DNA of 64,000 nucleotides from a virus. The position numbers and the translations under genes were made by a program. Positions 18,413 through 27,179 of this stretch are shown one piece after another (the stretch's first letter is position 1; every line of letters starts with the position of its first letter). Location of the stretch: positions 32,001-96,000 of IMG/VR virus record IMGVR_UViG_3300048672_000512, one strand, 5' to 3'. A model generated the notes under the pieces. That model searched no databases. It was not told where the DNA came from and saw only the letters and a program-made list of their open reading frames with translations.

Positions 18413-19354
18413 ATGACAACCGAAACAGAGTCACCTAAAGCAAAACTCGCAAGGCTGCGCACCGAGCTGAAAGACATAGACAGCAAGATAGAAGAGATTG
18501 AGGCAAAGGATTGGAAAGCGTTTGCGCAAGAAACCGTTGAAAAGTTCTATGGTGAGTTTGACGCTACGCATCACTATCTGGAAAACTGCGCTGACCACAT
18601 TCTGACAGACATGCACATCATGTCTCCAGTCGGGCGACGACGTAACATGTGGCGAGTTCTTACCGGGCGTCCCGGTATTCTTGCAGCTGCGCAGCGTCGA
18701 GGCAAGAACGCTCCGATTCAAGGCTTTGCTTCCGAGCTTGGTTGTGCAGCGGGTACGCTCATTATTGAGGAGCTTTATCTCTTTCTTCGACGCACACGTA
18801 AGTGGAATTGGCAGTTTCTGAATGACGTTGGTTTGTCTGTGATCGGCTACCTTCTGTCTCTGTACAACCGAGCGGTTCATGACGCTAACTATTACACGGT
18901 TCGCTACGAAACCATGATTCCACACATTCATATCATGCAGCACCAAGCCACCTACGGCGTAGCTCGCTGGTATGAAGAAAACTTTGACATCAAGTTCAAC
19001 GTAGACCCGGAAATCGAACTTGACTTCTCGGCTACTGCCGACAAGACGCACACATGGAACTGGGCGCTACACGGAACCGATGGCATAAAGACCAGTGGTG
19101 ACAGCCTGGATACGTGCCTGTTCAATTCTCTTGTTGATCAAGTGAAGCTGAAACAGATCACCAGCTCCAAGGAACTCAAGAGAATTGTGAAGGTGATCTG
19201 TGCACCCTGGGAAGATCAGGAAATGCGTGACTACCTGAATCAGAAGTACCCACTGTTGGGTGTCACTGATCTTGATACACAGATTGAAGGTTTCCTTGAA
19301 TCGTTCAACGCAAAGATTCAGGCCTTCTGTTCCGAACCAAAGAACTTTGAATAA
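18413..19354 (+). CDS. polA: family A DNA polymerase, C-terminal part (motif C)
   Basis: SPVGRRR, AQRRGKNAPIQG.ASE, AVHD (motif C); GAGGT RBS upstream. Confidence 0.88.
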   Translation: MTTETESPKAKLARLRTELKDIDSKIEEIEAKDWKAFAQETVEKFYGEFDATHHYLENCADHILTDMHIMSPVGRRRNMWRVLTGRPGILAAAQRRGKNAPIQGFASELGCAAGTLIIEELYLFLRRTRKWNWQFLNDVGLSVIGYLLSLYNRAVHDANYYTVRYETMIPHIHIMQHQATYGVARWYEENFDIKFNVDPEIELDFSATADKTHTWNWALHGTDGIKTSGDSLDTCLFNSLVDQVKLKQITSSKELKRIVKVICAPWEDQEMRDYLNQKYPLLGVTDLDTQIEGFLESFNAKIQAFCSEPKNFE

Positions 19355-19365
19355 GGAACCATGAA

Positions 19366-19536
19366 ATGTCTTTTCTTGACAACCTTCTCGGGTTAATCTT
19401 CCTCTCCGTTTTCTTTACGGTTTGGACGCTAGGCTTTGTAATCGCCAAGGGTTTTGCGGCATTCGCCTGTATTTTCCCGCCGTATGCCCTCTACGTTGTT
19501 GTGGAGTACGCATGGAATCATGTCCAGCTTTGCTGA
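19366..19536 (+). CDS. 56-aa membrane protein (not in track)
   Basis: MSFLDNLLGLIFLSVFFTVWTLGFVIAKG...; AAGGA RBS; two hydrophobic stretches. Confidence 0.55.
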   Translation: MSFLDNLLGLIFLSVFFTVWTLGFVIAKGFAAFACIFPPYALYVVVEYAWNHVQLC

Positions 19537-20551
19537 TGTAATAATCAACCAGCTGGAAAGGTATGCAGGTGAAAAGAAGATTGGCACAAAGTTCTCTTTC
19601 ATTCTGTGTCCTTTCCATTCTGAGTCAACACCGTCTGGTCGCATACGTCACGACCCTTCAAAAGACGGAATAGGTAACTTCAAGTGCTACGGGTGCGGGC
19701 GCAGAGCCAGCTGGAATGAGATAGCTGCAGCGTTAGGCTTACAGCAATTCAAGTCTGCAGGCGAAACGCTAGATGGAAGCGTACCGCACATTGACACCAC
19801 AAGGTACAAGGAACAATTCCTAGGCACCAGCACAGCATCGAACGTAGAACATGAAGATCTTCTGATGTTTGATCTGAGCCATTCTCTAGCAGAAGAGCTT
19901 GGGTTGAAAGACAATCAGTGGAGAGGGTACGATATAGACTGGTTGCGTGAAGCCGTGCAAGCTCGAATCTGCTACGCAGTAAAGGCAGAGCGTCACTATC
20001 TGTGGCTTCCAGTGATGATCAACTCAGAGGTAAAAGGCTACATCAAGGCTCAGTTTCACAAACCGTACTCCAAGAAAGTGCCTTCGTACCTGAACGCTCC
20101 TGGAAGCTGGTCGCTGACACACGGATTATTTCCTTTCGATCTTGCAGTCAGCACGATGCGAGAGCTGAACAGGAAAACAATGGTGCTGGTTGAGGGTCCG
20201 CGTGACGCGCTGCGACTTGTTCACTTTGGCATTCCTGCTGTATGCATTCTTGGTACGCATTCGTGGACGGATGCTAAAAGCAGGTTGCTTGAATTTGCGG
20301 GTGTTGAACGCGTAGTTCTAATGATGGACGGTGACGATGCCGGGCGTAACGCAACGTACCTGCTAACTAACGGGCACTATCCAGAGTCACCAGAGCAGAA
20401 AGTGTTCAACGGATTGGAGTCCGTGTTTGATCTGAAGACAGTGCGCCTATGGAACTTTGATGTACCTGAAGACTTTCCTGAGAAAGCTTTCGATCCCGGA
20501 AACATGCCAACCTCGCTTTTGAGAAAAGTAAAAGCGAACATGCTTGTTTGA
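19520..20551 (+). CDS. dnaG: DNA primase (zinc finger + TOPRIM)
   Basis: CPFH...CYGC zinc finger; LVEGPRD and MDGDDAG TOPRIM motifs. Confidence 0.85.
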   Translation: MSSFADVIINQLERYAGEKKIGTKFSFILCPFHSESTPSGRIRHDPSKDGIGNFKCYGCGRRASWNEIAAALGLQQFKSAGETLDGSVPHIDTTRYKEQFLGTSTASNVEHEDLLMFDLSHSLAEELGLKDNQWRGYDIDWLREAVQARICYAVKAERHYLWLPVMINSEVKGYIKAQFHKPYSKKVPSYLNAPGSWSLTHGLFPFDLAVSTMRELNRKTMVLVEGPRDALRLVHFGIPAVCILGTHSWTDAKSRLLEFAGVERVVLMMDGDDAGRNATYLLTNGHYPESPEQKVFNGLESVFDLKTVRLWNFDVPEDFPEKAFDPGNMPTSLLRKVKANMLV

Positions 20552-20615
20552 AACTGTGAATGCTTTTAGCAGTAATAACCACTTGCACAATTGAAACCAC
20601 TGAAAGGTAAACACC

Positions 20616-20924
20616 ATGAACCAAGATCAAACTCAAGAACAAGCAACTGACGAGATTCCTGCAAACTTGCTGGTGCTCGCTGAAGTGATGTACGGTGCAT
20701 ACTATAAAGAATCCGACTTGAAGGTTGTACCGTTTAGCGAGCTTACTCCGACACACCTTGACCGGTGGCTACGAACAGCAGAGGCCGCAGCAACGTTCGT
20801 GATTGGTAAAGTGTTTGAGGACGAGGAAGAAGTACTAGAAGCTACTCTGTCGGAAAACGCTGTAGACGAAGCCAATGTGGTTCCTGGTTGCGATAACAAC
20901 TGCCCAGGTTGCAGCTGCAAGTAA
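20616..20924 (+). CDS. hypothetical acidic protein with Cys-rich C-terminus
   Basis: AAAGGT RBS; 102 aa. Confidence 0.55.
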   Translation: MNQDQTQEQATDEIPANLLVLAEVMYGAYYKESDLKVVPFSELTPTHLDRWLRTAEAAATFVIGKVFEDEEEVLEATLSENAVDEANVVPGCDNNCPGCSCK

Positions 20925-20934
20925 GGAGACACAA

Positions 20935-21429
20935 ATGAGCGAACACGAGAACGAGAACGATATCAGTGCTGAAGAAGGTTCTTCTCCACACTTTGAATAT
21001 GCTACAAACTTCCTGCGCATTGAACAGCAAAAAGAAGATCCTCTTGTGTACGAGGTCAGTTTCCTACCGGACCTGACAACGCGTCCGCATGTACACGGGC
21101 CTCTTCACTTCTGGCGAGAAGTAGTGCGTGCAATGCGAGAGCTTACTGGCGACAGTAGCTGGATCATTCGATATGCAAGTCAAATCGACGCCCAGAATGT
21201 GCCGGCTGCAAAGTCCTCGCATGCAAACACAGTGCTGCTTGACCTGATGGCCCCATATCGCAGTGTTGTCAAGGCCTTGCTTATCGGTGGAAAGGTGAAC
21301 TTGAGGATGTTGCCTCGTTCAGAACCTTACTTCTTCAAGTCTCGGGATGCTGTAAACGCAACGGCTAGCGCACGCCGTGCCTCTCGAAAGAACAGGCAGT
21401 CTCCTATCAATCAGCCAATTGAGGAATAA
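20935..21429 (+). CDS. hypothetical protein
   Basis: AGGAG RBS before ATG 20935. Confidence 0.55.
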   Translation: MSEHENENDISAEEGSSPHFEYATNFLRIEQQKEDPLVYEVSFLPDLTTRPHVHGPLHFWREVVRAMRELTGDSSWIIRYASQIDAQNVPAAKSSHANTVLLDLMAPYRSVVKALLIGGKVNLRMLPRSEPYFFKSRDAVNATASARRASRKNRQSPINQPIEE

Positions 21430-21434
21430 ACAAT

Positions 21435-21731
21435 ATGTTCAATATCAAAACTAGCAAGTGGACACTGACAGTTTCCACGTGCTATGTTGAATTTTCTTGT
21501 GACCTGCGTCAGTATTCGGATGAAAACGCATACACAGCTATTCGTACTTCTGATGTAGCTGCTGTCCAAGTAGAGAAGACTCAACAGCAAACGGTTGTCA
21601 TCAAAAGCAAGATGCCTGACCGCCAGATCAGGGTGACTTTTGACAGCGCTGCAGCAGCAGCAAAGTATGCTGCTTACATTTCAACTGCCATCTTCACTTG
21701 TATCTATCCACCAGACATCGATCTGACATAA
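21435..21731 (+). CDS. hypothetical protein
   Basis: GAGGA RBS; 98 aa. Confidence 0.55.
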   Translation: MFNIKTSKWTLTVSTCYVEFSCDLRQYSDENAYTAIRTSDVAAVQVEKTQQQTVVIKSKMPDRQIRVTFDSAAAAAKYAAYISTAIFTCIYPPDIDLT

Positions 21732-21744
21732 ACACGTAAGAAAG

Positions 21745-21770
21745 AAAACGGGGCTTCGGTCCCGTTTTTC
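21745..21770 (+). terminator. rho-independent terminator
   Basis: AAAACGGGGC-TTCG-GTCCCGTTTTT. Confidence 0.8.
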
Positions 21771-21785
21771 ACATCAGGAGTTCAA

Positions 21786-22451
21786 ATGAAATCAATCGCT
21801 GATGCGTATTCAGAGAAGGCTCGCATCCTTTCGGATGTCAACATTGCTATTGAAGCCGCCGTTCTTGGAAGCGAAAAGCTGCAAGCCGCAGTAGCAAGAC
21901 TCAAGGAAGTTCAACGCGACTACTTTGAATTGCTGATCGCTAAAGCTGACAAGCAGATTCCTCTAGACGTCACAGAGGAAACAACAATGGATCTTGCTGA
22001 CTTCATTCTGACGTCAAGCTGGATTCCTCAAATGGCGGATACACTGTTGCGTCAACGCAAGGCTGCGGCGAAAAAGCGAGCACGCAAGTTGTACTCAAGC
22101 TGTTTTCCAGACGCAATCGGTAACGAGTCAAAACGCGATCTTTTCGAGTTGCTGCGCAAGGCAACTCGCAACGGCGATCTTGAGCTGATAGCAATGGTCG
22201 AAGAGAAGCTTGGCGTGCTTAAAGATGACTCAGAGGTCTTTGTTGTGATCGAAGCTATCGATGCTCAAGTGCGCTTGATGCAAGGCTCAAAGCTGTTTGA
22301 CATTTGCCGTGGCTTCTACAGTGGAAGTCCCGCAGCAACAGATAGCTTGCTTAGTTTCGTCCTGGAAACTACAGCAGACATTCAGGCAAAGCTTCCGCTG
22401 CCAGTTGTAAAGTCTTCAGGTTTTGTGAATACCGAAGGTCACGGTTTTTAA
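21786..22451 (+). CDS. hypothetical helical protein
   Basis: AGGAG RBS; 221 aa. Confidence 0.6.
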   Translation: MKSIADAYSEKARILSDVNIAIEAAVLGSEKLQAAVARLKEVQRDYFELLIAKADKQIPLDVTEETTMDLADFILTSSWIPQMADTLLRQRKAAAKKRARKLYSSCFPDAIGNESKRDLFELLRKATRNGDLELIAMVEEKLGVLKDDSEVFVVIEAIDAQVRLMQGSKLFDICRGFYSGSPAATDSLLSFVLETTADIQAKLPLPVVKSSGFVNTEGHGF

Positions 22452-22470
22452 TCAGGAAAGGCTCAACATC

Positions 22471-23424
22471 ATGTCCATGAATACAAACGCAACCGCTGCT
22501 GATAGCGCCTCTAGCGTGCAAACAGCCTTCCCATTCTTTCGTGTGGAAGTTATCGAAGCAAGCGAGTTCGTTGATGAAGTTATCGGTATGTGGTCACCAC
22601 GACTGGTGACGATGCAGCTGACGTACCCTCGTTTCATTCATGCTGAGTTTCTGCGCCATCGCGTCTTCTCTCACAGCGTAAGCAGTAGCCGAGCTATTCC
22701 GGTTGCACGCATGCTTGCTGACATCAAGGCAAACCCTGCTTTCTTTACGCACATCGGAAAGAATCAGGCCGGCATGTCCGCAGCCGTTGAAGTTGAGGAT
22801 GACGTCAAGGCAAAATTCAAAGATGAATGGTTGGAGCTGTTGGAAATCACTTCCAAGTACGTCACGCGTTGGAGTGATGAATACAAGATTCACAAGCAGG
22901 TTGCTAACCGTGCAGCTGAACCTTGGCAGCTTATCAATCAGGTTGTGACTTCTACTGCTTGGGGTAACTTCTTCGAGCTGCGTTGTCATGAAGACGCTCA
23001 GCCCGAGATTCATGAACTAGCGCTGCTTATGCGAGACGCATACTACGAAGCCGATTTCAAACTATTGAGTGCTACCTCGAAGCACCAATGGCACCTTCCG
23101 TACATCAAGGAGTGGGAACGTGAGGCTTTCCATACTGATGCGCTGCTTCGCATGTCAACTGCGCGATGTGCTCGCTCCTCCTACAACAATCATGACGGAA
23201 CAAGCGCAACTTATGAGGAAGATGCAAAGCTTTTTAAGAGGCTGCTTGGATCGCGTCCGTTGCATGCTTCTCCATCAGAGCATCAAGCTACACCAGTGAA
23301 GTCTGTCAAGAACGGTCTTATGCGAAACCTGCTTGGGCTTCCGGTGCGAAACGACTATCAAATATCCAACCTTCAAGGCTGGAATCAACTTCGCCGGTTC
23401 GTTGAGAGTGGCGACTTCAGCTAA
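22471..23424 (+). CDS. thyX: flavin-dependent thymidylate synthase
   Basis: YPRFIHAEFLRHRVFSHSVSSSRAIP ThyX motif; HASPSEHQA. Confidence 0.9.
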   Translation: MSMNTNATAADSASSVQTAFPFFRVEVIEASEFVDEVIGMWSPRLVTMQLTYPRFIHAEFLRHRVFSHSVSSSRAIPVARMLADIKANPAFFTHIGKNQAGMSAAVEVEDDVKAKFKDEWLELLEITSKYVTRWSDEYKIHKQVANRAAEPWQLINQVVTSTAWGNFFELRCHEDAQPEIHELALLMRDAYYEADFKLLSATSKHQWHLPYIKEWEREAFHTDALLRMSTARCARSSYNNHDGTSATYEEDAKLFKRLLGSRPLHASPSEHQATPVKSVKNGLMRNLLGLPVRNDYQISNLQGWNQLRRFVESGDFS

Positions 23425-24088
23425 TCGCAAGTACGGCAAAAGGAACTTTAGCAAGAAAGGAAGCAGAACTTTCGGACCTAAAGTTCCAAAGCCGAGGCTA
23501 CTCAAACTTCAAAGCCTGATCGTGCAAAAGAAGAAGTTCAAGTATTTGTCGGATGAACTGATTCAGGCGTTTCTTCACGTGTTGAAGCGCTTTGATCTGG
23601 AGTCTGAAGTCAAGCGCATAGAAGCTGGTGCAGACCTGGAACCGTTCACGGCAAAAGGAACAAACCTTACGTACAGGCCATCGCTAGTTCACACTGCGCG
23701 TGACGGAACCGTGACTGTCTACATTGTAGGTTCACCATACGCCCTTGGATTGACGGATACGGGCGAACGCATGTGGTCTTATCACAGAATGTGGGCTCGC
23801 ATCTTTGCTGAAGACAAAGGCTTTGAAGTTACCACTGTTGTGGTGTCGCCTTTGACAAAGAAGCCAATGTACGGTTTCTTCGGTGTACCTCCTGCATGGG
23901 AACAAGCAAACCCGCAGTGGAACTATCGATCTGCAAAGCTAGCAGTTACTTCTATCAGAGAGGCACTAAAGGACGCAACCGACGCAGGACACACAAAAGA
24001 GGAACTTGTGAAGTTGAGGCAGAACCTTAGATTCTACAAGGATCTTATGGAACTAAACGCAAAACGCATGGAGAATACTGATGACTGA
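23408..24088 (+). CDS. hypothetical protein, weak TnsA-N/gp4-like nuclease resemblance
   Basis: Probable GTG start 23408; TYRPSLVHTARDGTVTVYIV resembles a degenerate YxPDF..dG...vEvK motif. Confidence 0.45.
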   Translation: MATSANRKYGKRNFSKKGSRTFGPKVPKPRLLKLQSLIVQKKKFKYLSDELIQAFLHVLKRFDLESEVKRIEAGADLEPFTAKGTNLTYRPSLVHTARDGTVTVYIVGSPYALGLTDTGERMWSYHRMWARIFAEDKGFEVTTVVVSPLTKKPMYGFFGVPPAWEQANPQWNYRSAKLAVTSIREALKDATDAGHTKEELVKLRQNLRFYKDLMELNAKRMENTDD

Positions 24089-24506
24089 AGAAACGCCGAA
24101 AATTGGTGATGTCTGGTATCGATATGTTGATGACCAACGCATAGACGCCTACAATCAGGTAAAGATGCACGTGTCAGAGGTTGAGTATCGAGTTGTCAAG
24201 GTTACACTGAAAGGTGTTTGGCTAATTGACGATGAAAAGTCTCGTTATGGGTACGTGAAGAGCAGCTACGGTTTCATTCAAGGAAAACGCTTCGTACTTA
24301 CGGCAGCAAGAGTTCGCTTTGCCTATCCTACCAAGCAGCTTGCTATTGAATCGTACATAGCACGCAAGAAGAGTCAGATCGACTTGTGCTTGCGTCGCGC
24401 TGAACTTGCAGAAGCAGCTTTGAACATTGCCAAGGTCATTCAGATGGACCCGTCTGTGCGCCCTTACGCAACTGTCACCTCTGCATATCGTCTTGATCTT
24501 GAATGA
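24081..24506 (+). CDS. hypothetical protein
   Basis: 141 aa; overlaps upstream stop; GGAG RBS. Confidence 0.55.
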   Translation: MTEETPKIGDVWYRYVDDQRIDAYNQVKMHVSEVEYRVVKVTLKGVWLIDDEKSRYGYVKSSYGFIQGKRFVLTAARVRFAYPTKQLAIESYIARKKSQIDLCLRRAELAEAALNIAKVIQMDPSVRPYATVTSAYRLDLE

Positions 24507-24516
24507 AGTGGTTAGT

Positions 24517-24813
24517 ATGACTACACGAAAAGTTGTGTGCTCTGCAATCAGGTCAGAGTCAGGAAAGCTGATGCTAGGTTTGCGCCACTACGGCGAAGAC
24601 ATGAAGGTTCAGCTTAACTTCAGATCCGATGCTTCTGATTTTACAAACAGGTGCGGAGCTGATCAGGGTTTTGTAGATCAGTACGGAGTCTACATGACAA
24701 GAGAAGAAGCCTGGCGGGTAGCGGTAGCCGCAGGGCAGATAAGCAAAGAGTGCGAAACCGCACGCGAAGCCTTTGCTGTACATTGCAAACTCTACAGTGA
24801 GGACTTGTACTGA
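24517..24813 (+). CDS. conserved-type phage hypothetical protein
   Basis: GLRH...QGFVDQYG.YMTREEA...A..AGQ...LYSEDLY pattern. Confidence 0.6.
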   Translation: MTTRKVVCSAIRSESGKLMLGLRHYGEDMKVQLNFRSDASDFTNRCGADQGFVDQYGVYMTREEAWRVAVAAGQISKECETAREAFAVHCKLYSEDLY

Positions 24814-24814
24814 A

Positions 24815-25060
24815 ATGAACAAATATCCTTCAATACGCCTGCTTATTGAACCGCGCACCGGAGAATCTATAAAAGCCTTTGTTGACGCTGCATTAGCTTT
24901 TGCAAATGACTACAACGTCGCTGTGACGGGGAAGTTCAATGGTGCAACTATGTATGTAAGTCCTGGAGCGTCTGCTGCTAGCATTGTAAAAGGTTTGGAA
25001 GAAGATTTAGCTATGCTAGCAAACTTGCGCCCCTCCGTAAGTTGGCCGAGCCTAAAATAA
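24815..25060 (+). CDS. hypothetical protein
   Basis: ATG 24815 directly after upstream stop. Confidence 0.5.
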   Translation: MNKYPSIRLLIEPRTGESIKAFVDAALAFANDYNVAVTGKFNGATMYVSPGASAASIVKGLEEDLAMLANLRPSVSWPSLK

Positions 25061-25070
25061 AGGAGTAACT

Positions 25071-25547
25071 ATGGACAACAAAGCTACCTACGTTCCGCAA
25101 GTTGGTGGAACTCATTACCAGTCTGACTATCAGGTGTGGGACTACTCTGCTGACGTGCATCTTGACCCTTACCGATTCAATGCTGTGAAGTATCTGCAGC
25201 GAGCTGGTCAGAAACCAGAAGTATCGGAGTTGCGCGATGTGATGGCAGCGCTATCCTATATGAAGAAGCTAGCTGTGCTGCTGAAGATGTCGGATCACTG
25301 CTCAAGAGGCTCTTTCTTCAGTATGTGGGCGGGTGTCGGCTCTATCCTTAGCAAGGAAGAAAAGACTCCTTTTACCGACAAGTTTGCTGACAGCAACAAA
25401 GTGAAGCCTGTGTACTTCAGCATCATTGTCGATATCGTCAATGTGATCGACAAGGACACACGTATTCTGGACTTCTATAATCGCTTGGAAGAGATTGAAA
25501 AGCGGTTGGAAGCCTGCGTTGCTTCTCTGCAAGAAGCCTATAAGTAA
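25071..25547 (+). CDS. DUF3310-like protein
   Basis: QVGGTHYQ...NAVKYLQR...K..D. Confidence 0.6.
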   Translation: MDNKATYVPQVGGTHYQSDYQVWDYSADVHLDPYRFNAVKYLQRAGQKPEVSELRDVMAALSYMKKLAVLLKMSDHCSRGSFFSMWAGVGSILSKEEKTPFTDKFADSNKVKPVYFSIIVDIVNVIDKDTRILDFYNRLEEIEKRLEACVASLQEAYK

Positions 25548-25558
25548 GGAAGCAAACC

Positions 25559-25960
25559 ATGAGCAGGCACACATACCAAATTTGTCAACTAACAGGTGAC
25601 TCGCTTAACTTAGCGGTTGCTATTGTCAGAGGTGAAAAACCGTACTTGGCAGTAGTGCGAAAAGGCTATAGCACAGCCGGAACTCGGCTCTTCGGACAGC
25701 ACGACGCCGAGTTCTTTCGTGACACAAGCAATAGGCACCTGAAAGCAGTAATTGCAAAAGACTACCGCAACGGGATGTGCTTGCTGGAGATGATTGAAGA
25801 GTTTGCAATCGGATGCAAGCGTATAGTTGATGCAACATGGGAAGCAGAGTCTGCAAAGCCTGTAGCTATAGAAAGAGGCAGCTCTTTCATAGAGGCGGTT
25901 TTGCGTTGTTATGTTGCTTGTCGCACTGGCTCCGAAACGTTAACGCTTGACATTGTTTGA
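25559..25960 (+). CDS. DUF2591/NinX-like phage protein
   Basis: LTG..LN.AVA...G N-terminus and G.S..EA.LRCYV C-terminus. Confidence 0.5.
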   Translation: MSRHTYQICQLTGDSLNLAVAIVRGEKPYLAVVRKGYSTAGTRLFGQHDAEFFRDTSNRHLKAVIAKDYRNGMCLLEMIEEFAIGCKRIVDATWEAESAKPVAIERGSSFIEAVLRCYVACRTGSETLTLDIV

Positions 25961-25990
25961 ATAACCGCCGTAACGGCAAAGGACTACGCA

Positions 25991-26641
25991 ATGGGATGCT
26001 CTATTGAAATGCCGAAGTACGTGTGCCACAAAGAAGTGTGGGCTTTGAAAATAGCTAACATTGTTCCGGCGCAAATGCGTCTAGACAGTTCGCCTTATGA
26101 CGGTAAGTGGTTGCTCATTCCAGAAGACAAGCAATACGGTCCGATAGAGGTCGATCACCTTGAATACTACGTCAAACACAAACCGCAAGCCGGTGGTTAC
26201 TACGTTCAGTACAAGGGAGGTTACGAAAGCTACAGTCCAGCGGATGCCTTTGAAGAAGGCTACACACGCAAGACACCTGTAGAAACCCTCAACGCACGGA
26301 AAGCAACAGTGATTCGTGAAATCGAAATTGAAGCGTTGATCCAAGCTAAGAGGTTGACACGTCCGCGCCTTACTCCGGCAGACATCGATGCCACAATCAA
26401 AGCCGAGACGTACACAACTTTACCAAGTGGCAAGGTGATGGTGTGCGAGTTGACTCTTTGCAATGGATTCACGGTGCGTGGAGAAGCAGCTGTAGTTAGC
26501 AAGGGCAACTTCAATGAGGAAATTGGTCGCAAGATCAGCCGTGAAAACGCCCGCAGCAAAGTGTGGGAGCTGGAGGGCTATCTGCTGCAACAGAGGCTGT
26601 ACGAAGATGTAGTTGAAGAACAGGCTACAAAACTTCCTTGA
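25991..26641 (+). CDS. two-domain phage protein with C-terminal gp49/gp66-family domain
   Basis: GGYYVQY.GGYESYSP..AFEEGY plus L.NGFTV.GE.A.VS..NF.EEIGRKI..NA..KVW.LEGY. Confidence 0.7.
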   Translation: MGCSIEMPKYVCHKEVWALKIANIVPAQMRLDSSPYDGKWLLIPEDKQYGPIEVDHLEYYVKHKPQAGGYYVQYKGGYESYSPADAFEEGYTRKTPVETLNARKATVIREIEIEALIQAKRLTRPRLTPADIDATIKAETYTTLPSGKVMVCELTLCNGFTVRGEAAVVSKGNFNEEIGRKISRENARSKVWELEGYLLQQRLYEDVVEEQATKLP

Positions 26642-26720
26642 CTGCTAGGGTGCGAACTGGCCGCACACCACAACAGCGCCCACCATTTTTTGTGTAGTAA
26701 ACACAACCGGAATAAACACC

Positions 26721-27179
26721 ATGCCTACTACCAGAAGTGGTGGAGCTTCCTTCCCTAAGAAGAAGGATTGGCCTACACTCACATTCAAACAGATATCAAG
26801 AAACACTTCGCAATCGCGTCATGACTTGTCCCATCAAGTCAAGATCCTGAATTTGAAATTTGGGCTGTCCAAGACAGTGTTGCCTGCTGGTAATCTGCTA
26901 GGAGTAGCGCGAACTTATACACCAGACACCAGCTATCTACGATACACAACCTCAATTGAGATCTGGCCTGCTGACAAGGTAAAGCTTTCCTGCAGCTGTG
27001 ATGACTTCAAGTATCGATGGGAATATGCACTGTGGTTGCGTAACTGCGCAGACATCATTTACTCCAACGGAGAGCCGCCTTTGGTTACGAATGGCATACT
27101 ACATCCAGGAGCGTGCAAACACCTCATAGCGCTGCACGCTGCCCTTGTTGCTAGAGGCAAAATACATTCACTGGTATGA
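26721..27179 (+). CDS. SWIM zinc-finger protein
   Basis: CSCDDF...GACKHL (CxC...CxH). Confidence 0.65.
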   Translation: MPTTRSGGASFPKKKDWPTLTFKQISRNTSQSRHDLSHQVKILNLKFGLSKTVLPAGNLLGVARTYTPDTSYLRYTTSIEIWPADKVKLSCSCDDFKYRWEYALWLRNCADIIYSNGEPPLVTNGILHPGACKHLIALHAALVARGKIHSLV

